DNA from: SAR202 cluster bacterium
Lineage (GTDB): Bacteria > Chloroflexota > Dehalococcoidia > Lucifugimonadales > Australimonadaceae
NCBI GenBank assembly: GCA_016872415.1
Contig: VGZX01000001.1
Coordinates: forward strand, 10,287 to 74,286
Direction: 5' to 3'
DNA length: 64,000 bases
This document shows, piece by piece, positions 1 to 8,743 of this stretch. The position numbers and the translations under genes are program-made. The number at the start of each line of letters is the position of its first letter. Within the stretch, counting starts at the first letter, position 1. Below the pieces are notes generated by a model that saw nothing but the letters and a program-made list of their open reading frames with translations, was not told the origin of the DNA and searched no databases.

Positions 1-1
1 C

Positions 2-892
2 GTCGAGGGCTTCGTGTCCAAGGCCGACGAGCAGATGGTGTATTGGCTGGGGCACGGCGGCGGGCCGCTCACGTTGAACGGCGCGCCATTGGAGGTCGCG
101 CCGCTGTTGTCGGCGGGGCTTTTCGCGGCGAAGCGCAGCGTGGTGCTGACGAGCGCGACCCTGGCAGTGCGCGGCGAGTTCGCCCACATCCGCGGGCGCC
201 TCGGCGTCGAGGACCCGGCGGAGCTGTGCCTCGGCTCGCCGTTCGACTACAAGCGCGCTGCGCTGCTTTGCCTGCCGACCGGGCTCCCAGAACTTGCCGA
301 CCGGCGCCACTCCCAGGCGATTGGCGAGGCGATACGCGATTTGGCGGTGCTGGCCGGCGGGCGGACGTTGGCGCTGTTCACCTCGCACGCGGCGGTGCGG
401 GCGACCGCGAGCGCATTGCGGGCTCCGCTGGCCGCGCGGGGCATCGGCGTGCTGGCGCAGGGCGTCGACGGCACTCCGCAACAACTGATCGCGCGGTTCC
501 AGGCCAACCCCCGCGCCGTGCTCATCGGCACCGCGAGCTTCTGGGAGGGCGTTGACATCGGTAATGGCGCGGTGAAGGTGCTGGTCGTCGGCCGGTTGCC
601 GTTCAACGTGCCGACGGAGCCGGTATTCGCCGCGCGGTCGGAGCAATACGAGCAGCCGTTCATGCAATACGCGGTGCCGCAGGCGGTGCTGCGCTTCAGG
701 CAGGGGTTCGGCCGGCTGATACGCAGCAAGAACGACCACGGCGTCGTGGTGGTGTTGGACGGGCGCATCACCAGCAAGCCCTATGGCCGCTGGTTCTTGG
801 CGTCGCTGCCGGGGCCCAGCGTGTTCACGGGCCCGCTGGCCGAGGTGCCGCGACGCGTCGGCGAGTGGCTGGAGCACGGGAGGGCCACGTAG
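2..892 (+). CDS. dinG: DinG/Rad3-family ATP-dependent DNA helicase, C-terminal part (5' end outside window)
   Basis: ORF is open to the window edge. Helicase C-terminal motifs are present: VLTSATL, ALFTSH, IGTASFWEGVD, GRLPFNVP, QGFGRLIR. TAG stop at 890-892. Confidence 0.8.
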   Translation, partial: VEGFVSKADEQMVYWLGHGGGPLTLNGAPLEVAPLLSAGLFAAKRSVVLTSATLAVRGEFAHIRGRLGVEDPAELCLGSPFDYKRAALLCLPTGLPELADRRHSQAIGEAIRDLAVLAGGRTLALFTSHAAVRATASALRAPLAARGIGVLAQGVDGTPQQLIARFQANPRAVLIGTASFWEGVDIGNGAVKVLVVGRLPFNVPTEPVFAARSEQYEQPFMQYAVPQAVLRFRQGFGRLIRSKNDHGVVVVLDGRITSKPYGRWFLASLPGPSVFTGPLAEVPRRVGEWLEHGRAT

Positions 893-1084
893 CCTGCGGG
901 GCCGTGGCTCGTCGGCGACGGCTGCACGATCCAGTGTCGGTGGGTCGGCAACCACGGCTTGCTCATGCGACTTCCGCGCAATGCCGCCGGTGGCGGTTGA
1001 TCGGAAAGGCATGCGCTGGGACGACCTAGACGAGGACCCGAATATCGAAGGCCAGCTCGCCGGGCGCCGTTCCGGCGGATCGGC

Positions 1085-1996
1085 CTGAATGGACGTCACG
1101 CCATCGCATCGGTCAGCATCCCGCTCACGCAACCGCTCGACCTCGACACCACGCTCTACAGCGGCCAATGCTTCCGCTGGCGGAAGGACGAGGCCGGCCG
1201 TTGGCTGGGGGTCGTCGGCCCCGATATCGTTCGATTGTCGCTGGCGTCCGGTTGTCTAATCGTGGAGAGCGCGCCCACGCCTCCCGGCGACCTCATCGAG
1301 TCGCTTACGGCCTACCTGCGGCTCGACGACGATTTGCCGTCGATCCAACGGAGGCTGGCGCGCGATCCGCGCTGCCGCGACGGCATCCTGGCCTACCCCG
1401 GCATGCGGATCATGCGGCAAGAGCCGTGGGAGACATTGGCGGGCTTCATCCTCTCGTCCACGTCGAACATTCCGCGCATCGCCCGCACCATGGAGCTCAT
1501 CGCGGAGTGCTTCGGCGAGCGGCTGACGCTCGACGGGGCCAGCCGTCGCACCTTCCCGCGCCCCGAGGTGCTGGCGGAGGCGGGCGAGGCGCGGCTGCGA
1601 GAGCTGGGCTGCGGCTTTCGGGCCCCATATCTGGCGGCGGCCGCCAGGGCCGTGGCCGACGGCACGCTGCCGCTGGTGAGGCTGCGTGGCGCGCCATACC
1701 AAGTGGCGCATGACGCGCTCGTGACCCTGCGCGGAGTGGGGGACAAGATCGCCGATTGCGTGATGCTGTTCTCGCTCGACCGGCCCGAGGCTTTCCCCGT
1801 CGATCGATGGGTGCTGCGGGTGCTGGTGGACTGGTACGACCTCGACCCCAAGATCGACTACGCCGCGGCGCGGCAATGGGCCTGGAACCGTTTCGGGCAG
1901 CACGCCGGCTATGCCAATCAATACCTGTTTTGGCGCAAGCGCGAGGCAGGCCGAAACTCGTCGGCCAATGCCTCAATATCTTCGAAACGACGCTAG
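1085..1996 (+). CDS. ogg: 8-oxoguanine DNA glycosylase / HhH-GPD family (Ogg-like); start unresolved
   Basis: HhH-GPD signature LRGVGDKIADCVMLFSLDRPEAFPVDRW. The N-terminal OGG motif TLYSGQCFRW (about 1151-1180) lies upstream of the first TTG (1235). No ATG/GTG/TTG exists in this frame between the upstream stop (1028-1030) and 1235. Only CTG 1085 is available, and ATG 1089 is out of frame. Confidence 0.7.
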   Translation: MNGRHAIASVSIPLTQPLDLDTTLYSGQCFRWRKDEAGRWLGVVGPDIVRLSLASGCLIVESAPTPPGDLIESLTAYLRLDDDLPSIQRRLARDPRCRDGILAYPGMRIMRQEPWETLAGFILSSTSNIPRIARTMELIAECFGERLTLDGASRRTFPRPEVLAEAGEARLRELGCGFRAPYLAAAARAVADGTLPLVRLRGAPYQVAHDALVTLRGVGDKIADCVMLFSLDRPEAFPVDRWVLRVLVDWYDLDPKIDYAAARQWAWNRFGQHAGYANQYLFWRKREAGRNSSANASISSKRR

Positions 1997-2089
1997 GCCC
2001 TCTTGTGCGACGGGGCAGCAGCGCATAGGCTTACGGCTACGCACACGGCGCGTGGGCGAACACCACGCGCGCAATGGAGGAGGGTGCCC

Positions 2090-3442
2090 ATGACGATGGA
2101 AAAGACCCTGATCCGCCAGAACATCAGGAAGTGGGTGGACTCCGACCAGTGGCTGGTCGGACGCGAGATCTTCGTCAGCGAGGAGATCTACAAGCTGGAG
2201 ATGGAACGTATCTTCGCTCGCGCTTGGCTGTTCGTCGGCCACGAGTCGCAGATTCCGAAGCCCGGCGACTACTTCGTCGGCCGCATGGGCGAGGAGTCCG
2301 TCATCATGACCCGTGACCGGCAGGACAAGATCCACGTCTTCCTCAACTCCTGCATGCACCGCGGCATGAAGGTCTGCCGCTACGACGAGGGCAACACCCC
2401 CGTCTTCACCTGCCCCTACCACGGCTGGAGTTTCGGCCTCGACGGCAAGCTCGTCGGGGTGCCCTACTTCAAGGAGGCCTACCACTCCGAGCTGAAGAAG
2501 GACGAATGGGGCTTGGTCGAGGCGCGCATGTTTAACTACAAGGGCACCATCTGGGCGTGCTGGGACAAGACCGCGCCCGATTTCATGGAATACCTCGGCA
2601 GCATGGCCTTCTACATGGACGACGTACTTGATGGCCGTGACGGCACGCCCGGTGGCTCGGAGGTCGTCGGCGGCGTGCAGAAGTGGATCACGCCGGCTAA
2701 CTGGAAGTTCGGTGCCGAGAACCGCGCCGGCGACGGCTATCACAACGTGTCACACCGGTCTGTCGACCTCGTCGGCATCGGCCCGAGCGCCGGCCAAGGC
2801 CGCCGCGACAACGAGATAGTGAAGCAGCGCCGGCTGACCGCCACGCTGCCCAACGGCCACGCGATGATGTTCGGCCAGCAGATGGAGGACGTGCCCTGGA
2901 TCCCAACGTTCCAGAGCAATCCCGTGGTGGCGGAGTGGGCGCGCCACACCTACGAGGAGCGGAAGAAGAACCTGGGCGACCGCGCCCGCGTGATGGGCAG
3001 CGGCGGCAACGTGTTCCCGAACATGTCGTTCTGGTGCCGCCAGCCGCGCCGCGTCGCCGTGTGGCACCCCGCGGGCAACGCGTTGCGCTCCGAGTATTGG
3101 AGCTGGGCGCTGGTGGACAAGACGGCCCCGCAGGAATACAAGGACCTGATGCGGCACTATGCCATGCGCTATTCAGGCCCGGCCGGCATGACCGAGCAGG
3201 ACGACATGGAGAACTGGAACTACGCCACGGCAGCGAGCAAGGGCACCATCGCCAAGCGCCACCCCTACAACTACCAAATCGGCCGGGGGCACCAGTTCAC
3301 CGACCCCACCATGCCGGGGTTGCTGGTGCAGGGCGTTGCCGAGCAGAACCAAATGGGCATGTACAACTTCTGGGCCGAGCTCATGATGTATGACACCTGG
3401 GACGAGCTCATGGATGCCCGCAAGAAGCAGTCGAAGCCGTAA
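2090..3442 (+). CDS. Rieske [2Fe-2S] aromatic-ring-hydroxylating oxygenase, alpha (large) subunit
   Basis: Rieske motif CMHRG...CPYHGW. Mononuclear-iron region NWKFGAENRAGDGYHNVSH. GGAGGAGGG RBS ahead of ATG 2090. TAA stop followed by a strong terminator. Confidence 0.8.
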   Translation: MTMEKTLIRQNIRKWVDSDQWLVGREIFVSEEIYKLEMERIFARAWLFVGHESQIPKPGDYFVGRMGEESVIMTRDRQDKIHVFLNSCMHRGMKVCRYDEGNTPVFTCPYHGWSFGLDGKLVGVPYFKEAYHSELKKDEWGLVEARMFNYKGTIWACWDKTAPDFMEYLGSMAFYMDDVLDGRDGTPGGSEVVGGVQKWITPANWKFGAENRAGDGYHNVSHRSVDLVGIGPSAGQGRRDNEIVKQRRLTATLPNGHAMMFGQQMEDVPWIPTFQSNPVVAEWARHTYEERKKNLGDRARVMGSGGNVFPNMSFWCRQPRRVAVWHPAGNALRSEYWSWALVDKTAPQEYKDLMRHYAMRYSGPAGMTEQDDMENWNYATAASKGTIAKRHPYNYQIGRGHQFTDPTMPGLLVQGVAEQNQMGMYNFWAELMMYDTWDELMDARKKQSKP

Positions 3443-3465
3443 GCCCGGTTCACCGCGATTCGAAA

Positions 3466-3501
3466 GGAGGCCGGCCCACCTGGGCCGGCCTCCCCTTTTT
3501 C
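3466..3501. terminator. Intrinsic terminator between convergent Rieske oxygenase and MFS genes
   Basis: Perfect 12-bp stem GGAGGCCGGCCC/GGGCCGGCCTCC with loop ACCT, followed by CCTTTTTCG on the + strand. A weaker T-run follows on the - strand. Confidence 0.8.
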
Positions 3502-3530
3502 GTGCCCGCTTCGTTCGCCCTGCCGGATAG

Positions 3531-4865
3531 CTACCGACTCGAATGAACGGGCACGGCCGCCGGCTGCGCCGGCTCCTTGGGTGGGGCCGCGAAGAACGTG
3601 AGCACCGCCCCGGCGGTGATGAGCACGGCGGAGATGGTGAAGATGGTGTTGTAGTTGCCGGTCGCGTCGAACGACAGCGCGGCGACCACGGGCCCGGCCG
3701 CGTTGAGCGCCATTTGCACGGGCGACGTGAGCCCACGCACCACGCCAATGGACTTGCGCCCGAAATAGTCGGCCCAGACGATGGCGTTGGCCGTCATGCT
3801 CATGCCGGAGGCAACGCCCAGCAACAGCCCAAAGCCGATCGCCATGGGCGCGTTGTGCGTGAACAGCAGCAGCACGATGCAGCCGGCCTCCCACGCGAAG
3901 GCGAACGCATAGACGTACCGCACATGGAAGCGCTCGACGAGGATGCCGCCGATGATCGAGGCCGGAATGCCGACCAGCGGGGAGATGGCGATGGATGCCG
4001 CCGCGACGCCCTCGGACAACCCTTGGTCCGTGAAGTACGTGAACCAGTGGAAGTTGACGCCGGTGATGACGAAGCTGTTGAGGCTGGTCGCGACCAGCAG
4101 CAGATAGAACGCGGGGTTTCGCAGCACTTGCCTGCCGTTCAGGTTGACCTCGATGCGCGGCCGGCGCTGCTTTTTCCGAGTGGTGCTCGATTGAAGCCGC
4201 GCCTGGTCGGGGTTGGCGTCGGCGCCGTCGGGCAGCAGGCCCATGTCCTCCGGGTTCCGGCGCATCAACAGCGCCGTCGGCAACAGCCCCGCCACCAGCG
4301 TGATCACGCCCATCGCGATCCAGGCGAGCCGCCACCCGGCGAACGTGCCGACCGACACGCCGATGAGCGCCGTGGCGAGGATGGGAAACGCGGTCTGCCC
4401 GGCGCGCTGCCCAATGTTCGCCAGCGCCGCGGCGCGTCCGCGCTGGGCGATGAACCATTTGGGGATGATGACGCCCACGGCGAGGAAGAAGATGGAGGTG
4501 AGCACGCCCCGGCCGATGACCTGAAGCACGAAGTGTTGCCAATACTCCTGCACGAAGCCCATGAGCAGGAAGGCGACGCCCAGCACGGCGGTGGCGACGC
4601 TGAGGATGACGCGTCCGCCGTAACGGTCGAGCAAGGGGCCCACCGCCAGTCCGCCAAGCCCGCCAAGTATGGTGCCGACCCCCATGGGGGCGCTGTATTG
4701 GCCTCGGCTCCAGCCGAACTCCTCGGTCATAGGGCCTTGGAGCACGCCGAGCACCGGATTGGTCTCGGTGCCGCTCGCGAAACGGAGTAAGGCCACCACC
4801 CCAACCACCACCCACCCATAGTAAATGCCGCTGAAAATGCCCTTGCGAGCGGTCGTGACTTGCAT
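3531..4865 (-). CDS. MFS transporter
   Basis: 444 aa with about 12 hydrophobic segments. MFS-like loop motifs such as GPLLDRYGGR are present. The ATG shares 1 nt with the upstream stop (TGATG at 4863-4867). Confidence 0.8.
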   Translation of the reverse strand: MQVTTARKGIFSGIYYGWVVVGVVALLRFASGTETNPVLGVLQGPMTEEFGWSRGQYSAPMGVGTILGGLGGLAVGPLLDRYGGRVILSVATAVLGVAFLLMGFVQEYWQHFVLQVIGRGVLTSIFFLAVGVIIPKWFIAQRGRAAALANIGQRAGQTAFPILATALIGVSVGTFAGWRLAWIAMGVITLVAGLLPTALLMRRNPEDMGLLPDGADANPDQARLQSSTTRKKQRRPRIEVNLNGRQVLRNPAFYLLLVATSLNSFVITGVNFHWFTYFTDQGLSEGVAAASIAISPLVGIPASIIGGILVERFHVRYVYAFAFAWEAGCIVLLLFTHNAPMAIGFGLLLGVASGMSMTANAIVWADYFGRKSIGVVRGLTSPVQMALNAAGPVVAALSFDATGNYNTIFTISAVLITAGAVLTFFAAPPKEPAQPAAVPVHSSR

Positions 4866-5863
4866 CAGTCCACCGTGAGAATGATCTTGCCGAAGTGCTC
4901 GGCGCGCTCCATGGCCTCGTGGGCGAGGCGCGCGTCACGCAGCGGATGGCGGGCGTGGATGGCCGGGCGGATCAGGCCGCGTTCGGCGGCGCCGACGATG
5001 TCCCGCAGCTCCGGCGTCGATCCCATGAACACTCCGAACAGGCTCAGCCGCTTCGCGAACAACAACCCCAGATGTAGCGTGACTTCGTATCCCGCCGTCA
5101 CGCCGCACACTCCATAGCGGCCATGGGGGGCCAACAGAGCATACGCCGTTTCGAAGAACTGCGCTCCTGACGGGTCGATGACAAGGTCGACGCCGCGGCC
5201 CTTGGTGATCTCCTTCACGCGCTGCGTCATGTCCTCCGCCGCGTAATTGATGACATGGTCGGCGCCGAGGGCCAGCGCCGCGTCGGCCTTGGCGGGCGTG
5301 CTCGTCACGGCGATGCACTTGGCACCGACGAGGCGTTTCACCACCTGAATGGCCGCAGTGCCGACCCCGCTGGAGGCCGACAGCACCAGCGCGGTTTCGC
5401 TGGACGACATGCGGCCTTCGCGGACGACGATGGCGTGGGCCGGCAAGAACACCGTCGGCAGCGCGGCCGCCTGCTCGTAGCTCAATGAATCGGAAACGGG
5501 CACGACATTGGCCGCGGGCACCGCGACCAGCTCCGCGTACGAACCGGGGCGGTTCGTTCCGAGCATCGCGAGCGAAGTGCCATCGCCCAGGTAGGGGTTC
5601 ACCACGACGCGCTGGCCGGCCCGCCAGCCGCTCGCGCCGGCATCCACAATGTCGCCCGCGCAGTCGCCGCCGAGGATATGCGGGAAGCGGTCGGCGGTGA
5701 GGCGGGTGCCGCGAATGCCGGCCCGCGTGTAAAGGTCCAACCGGTTGAGGGCGGCCGCGCGAACGCGCACCAGCACGTCGCCGACTTGCGGAACGGGGTC
5801 CGGCATCTCCATGAACGTGAGCACCGATGGGTCGCCGTGGCGCTGGATGATGGTGGCCTTCAT
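4865..5863 (-). CDS. Zinc-type alcohol dehydrogenase / NADPH:quinone oxidoreductase family
   Basis: MKATIIQRHGDPSVLTF... medium-chain dehydrogenase (MDR) N-terminus. Rossmann motif LSASSGVGTAAIQVVK. The start makes an ATGA overlap with the cca stop (5860-5863). Confidence 0.8.
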   Translation of the reverse strand: MKATIIQRHGDPSVLTFMEMPDPVPQVGDVLVRVRAAALNRLDLYTRAGIRGTRLTADRFPHILGGDCAGDIVDAGASGWRAGQRVVVNPYLGDGTSLAMLGTNRPGSYAELVAVPAANVVPVSDSLSYEQAAALPTVFLPAHAIVVREGRMSSSETALVLSASSGVGTAAIQVVKRLVGAKCIAVTSTPAKADAALALGADHVINYAAEDMTQRVKEITKGRGVDLVIDPSGAQFFETAYALLAPHGRYGVCGVTAGYEVTLHLGLLFAKRLSLFGVFMGSTPELRDIVGAAERGLIRPAIHARHPLRDARLAHEAMERAEHFGKIILTVD

Positions 5864-7074
5864 TGGCGCATCGCTCGCAGGTGACGTTGGACGATGGCGA
5901 CGGCGCCGGCGCGGGTGCGCGCGAGGCCGCTCCATTGCGCGTCGCGGACGATGGACAGCAGGCGGCCGACGGCTTGGCCCTGCGGCACGCCCAGCGCCAT
6001 GATGTCGTCGCCCGTCAGTAGCGGCCGGGCCAAGCGGTGGCGCAGCACGCGGAGCAGCCGCCGGCGAAACGCGGGGTCGCTCGTGCTGGCGGCGGCGACG
6101 CGCACGGCGTCCGGCGGGACTCTCCCCAACGCGTCGCGAAGGCCGTCCACATGCGCGTCTCGACTGCTCCAGGCCAACACGACGCCGTCGACCAGCGTCC
6201 GCTGGTCGTTCGTGAGGGCGAACCGCTCCGCCACGGTGCCGACGTGCGATTCCTCGACGCCGTAGACGAGCGCCGCGAAGAGGGCATCGCCATGGAGGCC
6301 GTGGCGCTTGGCGCGCCGCAGCAGCGCGGGCGTTTCGTCGCGAGCCAGGGCCGGGTGCAGCGCCCCAAGCACGCCGAGGCGGTAGGTGTGCAGAACGGTG
6401 CCGGCGGCGTCGGCCTCGTCCAACGTGCGCCAGAACTCGTGATGGACGCGCGGCGGCGAGATGGTGCTCAGGTAGCCGAGGTCGCGGCGCAGCCATTCGG
6501 CGGTGCCGGACGCGGGCCGCAGCCGCATGCGGTGGGCGTATCGCGCCGCCCGAATGAGTCGCGTGGCATCGTCGCGAAAGCTGGCATCGTGCAGCGCGCG
6601 CAGGCGTCGCGCCAGCAGGTCGCGCCTGCCGCCAGTCACGTCCAGCAATTCGCCGAACCGGCCCGGCGCGAGGCAGGCGGCCATGGCGTTGATGCTGAAG
6701 TCACGACGCAGCGAGTCTTCCTCGATCGTGCCAGGCGCCACCAGCGGCAGCGCGCCGGGATGGGGGTAGTGCTCGGTGCGCGCCATGGCGATGTCCAGCT
6801 TGCGGCCTTCGATGACCGCCTTCGCCGTGCTGAACTGCGATGTCGCGACCACTTGGTCGTCCACGTCCGCCATGAGCGCGAGGGCGATCTCGGCGGCGGG
6901 ACGCTCGGCCGTCAGGTCGATATCGCGGATCGGCAGGCCGAGCAGCGCGTCGCGCACGGGCCCGCCGACCAGCCAAAGCGTGAAGCCATGGCGTGTCGCG
7001 CGTTGGCCGAGCCGCCGCAGCAGGCGCGAGTCCTCCGGCGCGAGCGCGGCATCGAGCGGGACGGTGATGGACAT
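5860..7074 (-). CDS. cca: tRNA nucleotidyltransferase (CCA-adding enzyme) / poly(A) polymerase family
   Basis: Head-domain motif LVGGPVRDALLGLPIRDIDL, plus the RRDFSINAMA motif. Start taken at MSITVPLD. The upstream part of the 707-aa ORF is antisense to other genes. Confidence 0.8.
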   Translation of the reverse strand: MSITVPLDAALAPEDSRLLRRLGQRATRHGFTLWLVGGPVRDALLGLPIRDIDLTAERPAAEIALALMADVDDQVVATSQFSTAKAVIEGRKLDIAMARTEHYPHPGALPLVAPGTIEEDSLRRDFSINAMAACLAPGRFGELLDVTGGRRDLLARRLRALHDASFRDDATRLIRAARYAHRMRLRPASGTAEWLRRDLGYLSTISPPRVHHEFWRTLDEADAAGTVLHTYRLGVLGALHPALARDETPALLRRAKRHGLHGDALFAALVYGVEESHVGTVAERFALTNDQRTLVDGVVLAWSSRDAHVDGLRDALGRVPPDAVRVAAASTSDPAFRRRLLRVLRHRLARPLLTGDDIMALGVPQGQAVGRLLSIVRDAQWSGLARTRAGAVAIVQRHLRAMRQ

Positions 7075-7131
7075 GGCGTCCGGTGCCACCGGCGACTGGC
7101 GGTCGCATCCGGCGGCGGTTGAGTTGGCGCT

Positions 7132-7137
7132 ATTATA
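7132..7137 (-). promoter_or_regulatory. Candidate -10 box (TATAAT) for the cca operon
   Basis: A perfect TATAAT on the minus strand lies about 55 nt upstream of ATG 7074. No convincing -35 element was found. Confidence 0.3.
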
Positions 7138-7165
7138 CGGGCGCGACGGCTTCATCTTCTGCCGT

Positions 7166-7193
7166 TTGACAGGCTTGACCGGCGCTATAGAAT
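7166..7193 (+). promoter_or_regulatory. Candidate sigma70-type promoter for the DsbA-like gene
   Basis: TTGACA (7166-7171), 16-nt spacer, TAGAAT (7188-7193). It lies about 30 nt upstream of the AAAGGAGG RBS and ATG 7225. Confidence 0.5.
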
Positions 7194-7224
7194 CGGTCTG
7201 AGCAGTCACGTAAAAGGAGGCGGC

Positions 7225-7878
7225 ATGGCGACGCGGATTGCCGAAAAACTGAAGGCGGACGTGTATTTCGATTTCCATTGCCCGTTCGTATGGAATGCGC
7301 GCCAATGGCTGGACATGGTGAAGGAGGCCAATGGCGGCGAAGCCCCCGTCGAAATCACGTGGAAGCCGCTGTCGTTGAGTCAGATCAACCAGAAGGTTGG
7401 CCCGGACTACAAGGTCTGGGATGAGCCGGACGACAAGCTGCCGAGCGGCGTGTGGGCGTTGCGCGCGTGCGTGGCCGCCCAGCAGCAAGGCCAAGAGGCA
7501 TTCGACCGCTTCATGCCGCTGTTGCTGAAGGTGCGCCACGTGGATCGCAAGGAGCTCAACGACCCCGATCTGCTGACCAGCGTCGCCGAGGAAGCCGGCC
7601 TCGATGGCGAGAAGTTCAAGAAGGCATTGCTCGACCGCTCCAGCCTCGACGAGGTGCGGAGGAGCCACGAGGAGGGCGTTTCCAAGGTCGGCGCGTTCGG
7701 AACGCCGACGTTCCTGTTCCCGAACGGCGCATCCGCGTTCCTCAAGATGATGAAGCCCGACACGAGCGACGAGGCGCTGCGGGCCTACGAGGCGCTCATC
7801 GCCATCATGGAGGGCGAGAAGTATATCGGCGAAGTGAAGCGGCCGCAGCCCCCGTGGCCGAAGGGCGTGTTCGCCTAG
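7225..7878 (+). CDS. DsbA-like thioredoxin-fold protein (monothiol CPFV active site)
   Basis: N-terminal YFDFHCPFVWNA in the DsbA/FrnE-like position. Strong RBS AAAGGAGG. Confidence 0.65.
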   Translation: MATRIAEKLKADVYFDFHCPFVWNARQWLDMVKEANGGEAPVEITWKPLSLSQINQKVGPDYKVWDEPDDKLPSGVWALRACVAAQQQGQEAFDRFMPLLLKVRHVDRKELNDPDLLTSVAEEAGLDGEKFKKALLDRSSLDEVRRSHEEGVSKVGAFGTPTFLFPNGASAFLKMMKPDTSDEALRAYEALIAIMEGEKYIGEVKRPQPPWPKGVFA

Positions 7879-7940
7879 TGCCGCTTGATCAGACCAGGGG
7901 CGCTCCGAGCCATCGGGGCGCCCCTGCTGGCGCCCAAAGC

Positions 7941-8663
7941 ATGACCGCGCGACGACGGCGCGCCCGCGCCAAGGCCGAGCCAACGAACGAGATCGAGCAG
8001 GCCCTTGGCGTCGCGTTCAAGGACAAGCGGCTGCCCCGGCAGGCGCTCATCCACAAGTCCTACCTCAATGAGCGTCCCGGCGAGCAGATCGAAAGTTACG
8101 AGCGACTCGAATACCTGGGGGACGCGTTCCTTGGATGGGTCGTGGCCGACGAGCTCTACCGTCGCTTTCCGGCGTTCGGCGAGGGGGACCTGACGCGCGC
8201 ACGCGCGGCGCTGGTGCAGGGCGGGGCGCTCGCCAAGATCGCGCGCGACCTCCGCATTGGAGAGCGGCTGGTGCTGGGCCAAGGCGAGGAGAGCAGCGGC
8301 GGCCGCATGCGGCAGTCAAACCTGGCTGCGGCGGTCGAGGCGCTGCTGGGCGCCGTGCTGCTGGACCGTGGCCCGGCAGTTGCGCGCCGCCTCGTGCTGC
8401 GGTGGCTTGCCGAGCATATGGCCGCGCTGGGGGACGCCGGCGCCCCCCGCGACGCGAAAAGCGCCCTGCAAGAGCACACTCAGCGCGCCGGCATGCAGCT
8501 CCCGGTCTATGAGGTGCTTGACGAGCGTGGGCCGTCGCACGACCGCGAGTTCACCGTGCGCGTGCTGGTCGATGGCCGACCGCTGGGACAAGGGACCGGA
8601 CGACGGAAATCCGCGGCGGAGCAGGCCGCCGCCGCCGCCGCGCTGAAGCGGCTCGAAGACTAG
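7941..8663 (+). CDS. rnc: Ribonuclease III
   Basis: RNase III signature ERLEYLGDAFL. A C-terminal dsRBD is present (DAKSALQEHTQ...REFTV...G.G.GRRKSAAEQAAA). Confidence 0.9.
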   Translation: MTARRRRARAKAEPTNEIEQALGVAFKDKRLPRQALIHKSYLNERPGEQIESYERLEYLGDAFLGWVVADELYRRFPAFGEGDLTRARAALVQGGALAKIARDLRIGERLVLGQGEESSGGRMRQSNLAAAVEALLGAVLLDRGPAVARRLVLRWLAEHMAALGDAGAPRDAKSALQEHTQRAGMQLPVYEVLDERGPSHDREFTVRVLVDGRPLGQGTGRRKSAAEQAAAAAALKRLED

Positions 8664-8743
8664 GGCCTTCGCGCGCGCGCCGCCGCCGCTGTTGCGTGTG
8701 GTACCATGGGGGCACCCTGCCGTCTCATCATGGTGAGCTTCAC

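Noticed and set aside
3271-4938. 555-aa minus-strand ORF overlapping the MFS transporter
   Set aside because: It lies on the same strand but out of frame with the 444-aa MFS ORF, which has clear TM periodicity. The translation is Arg/Pro/Gly-rich low-complexity sequence.
5860-7983. 707-aa version of the cca ORF
   Set aside because: Residues upstream of MSITVPLD are antisense to the DsbA-like and rnc genes and are Arg/Ala-rich. A TATAAT box and a divergent promoter region lie inside the extension.
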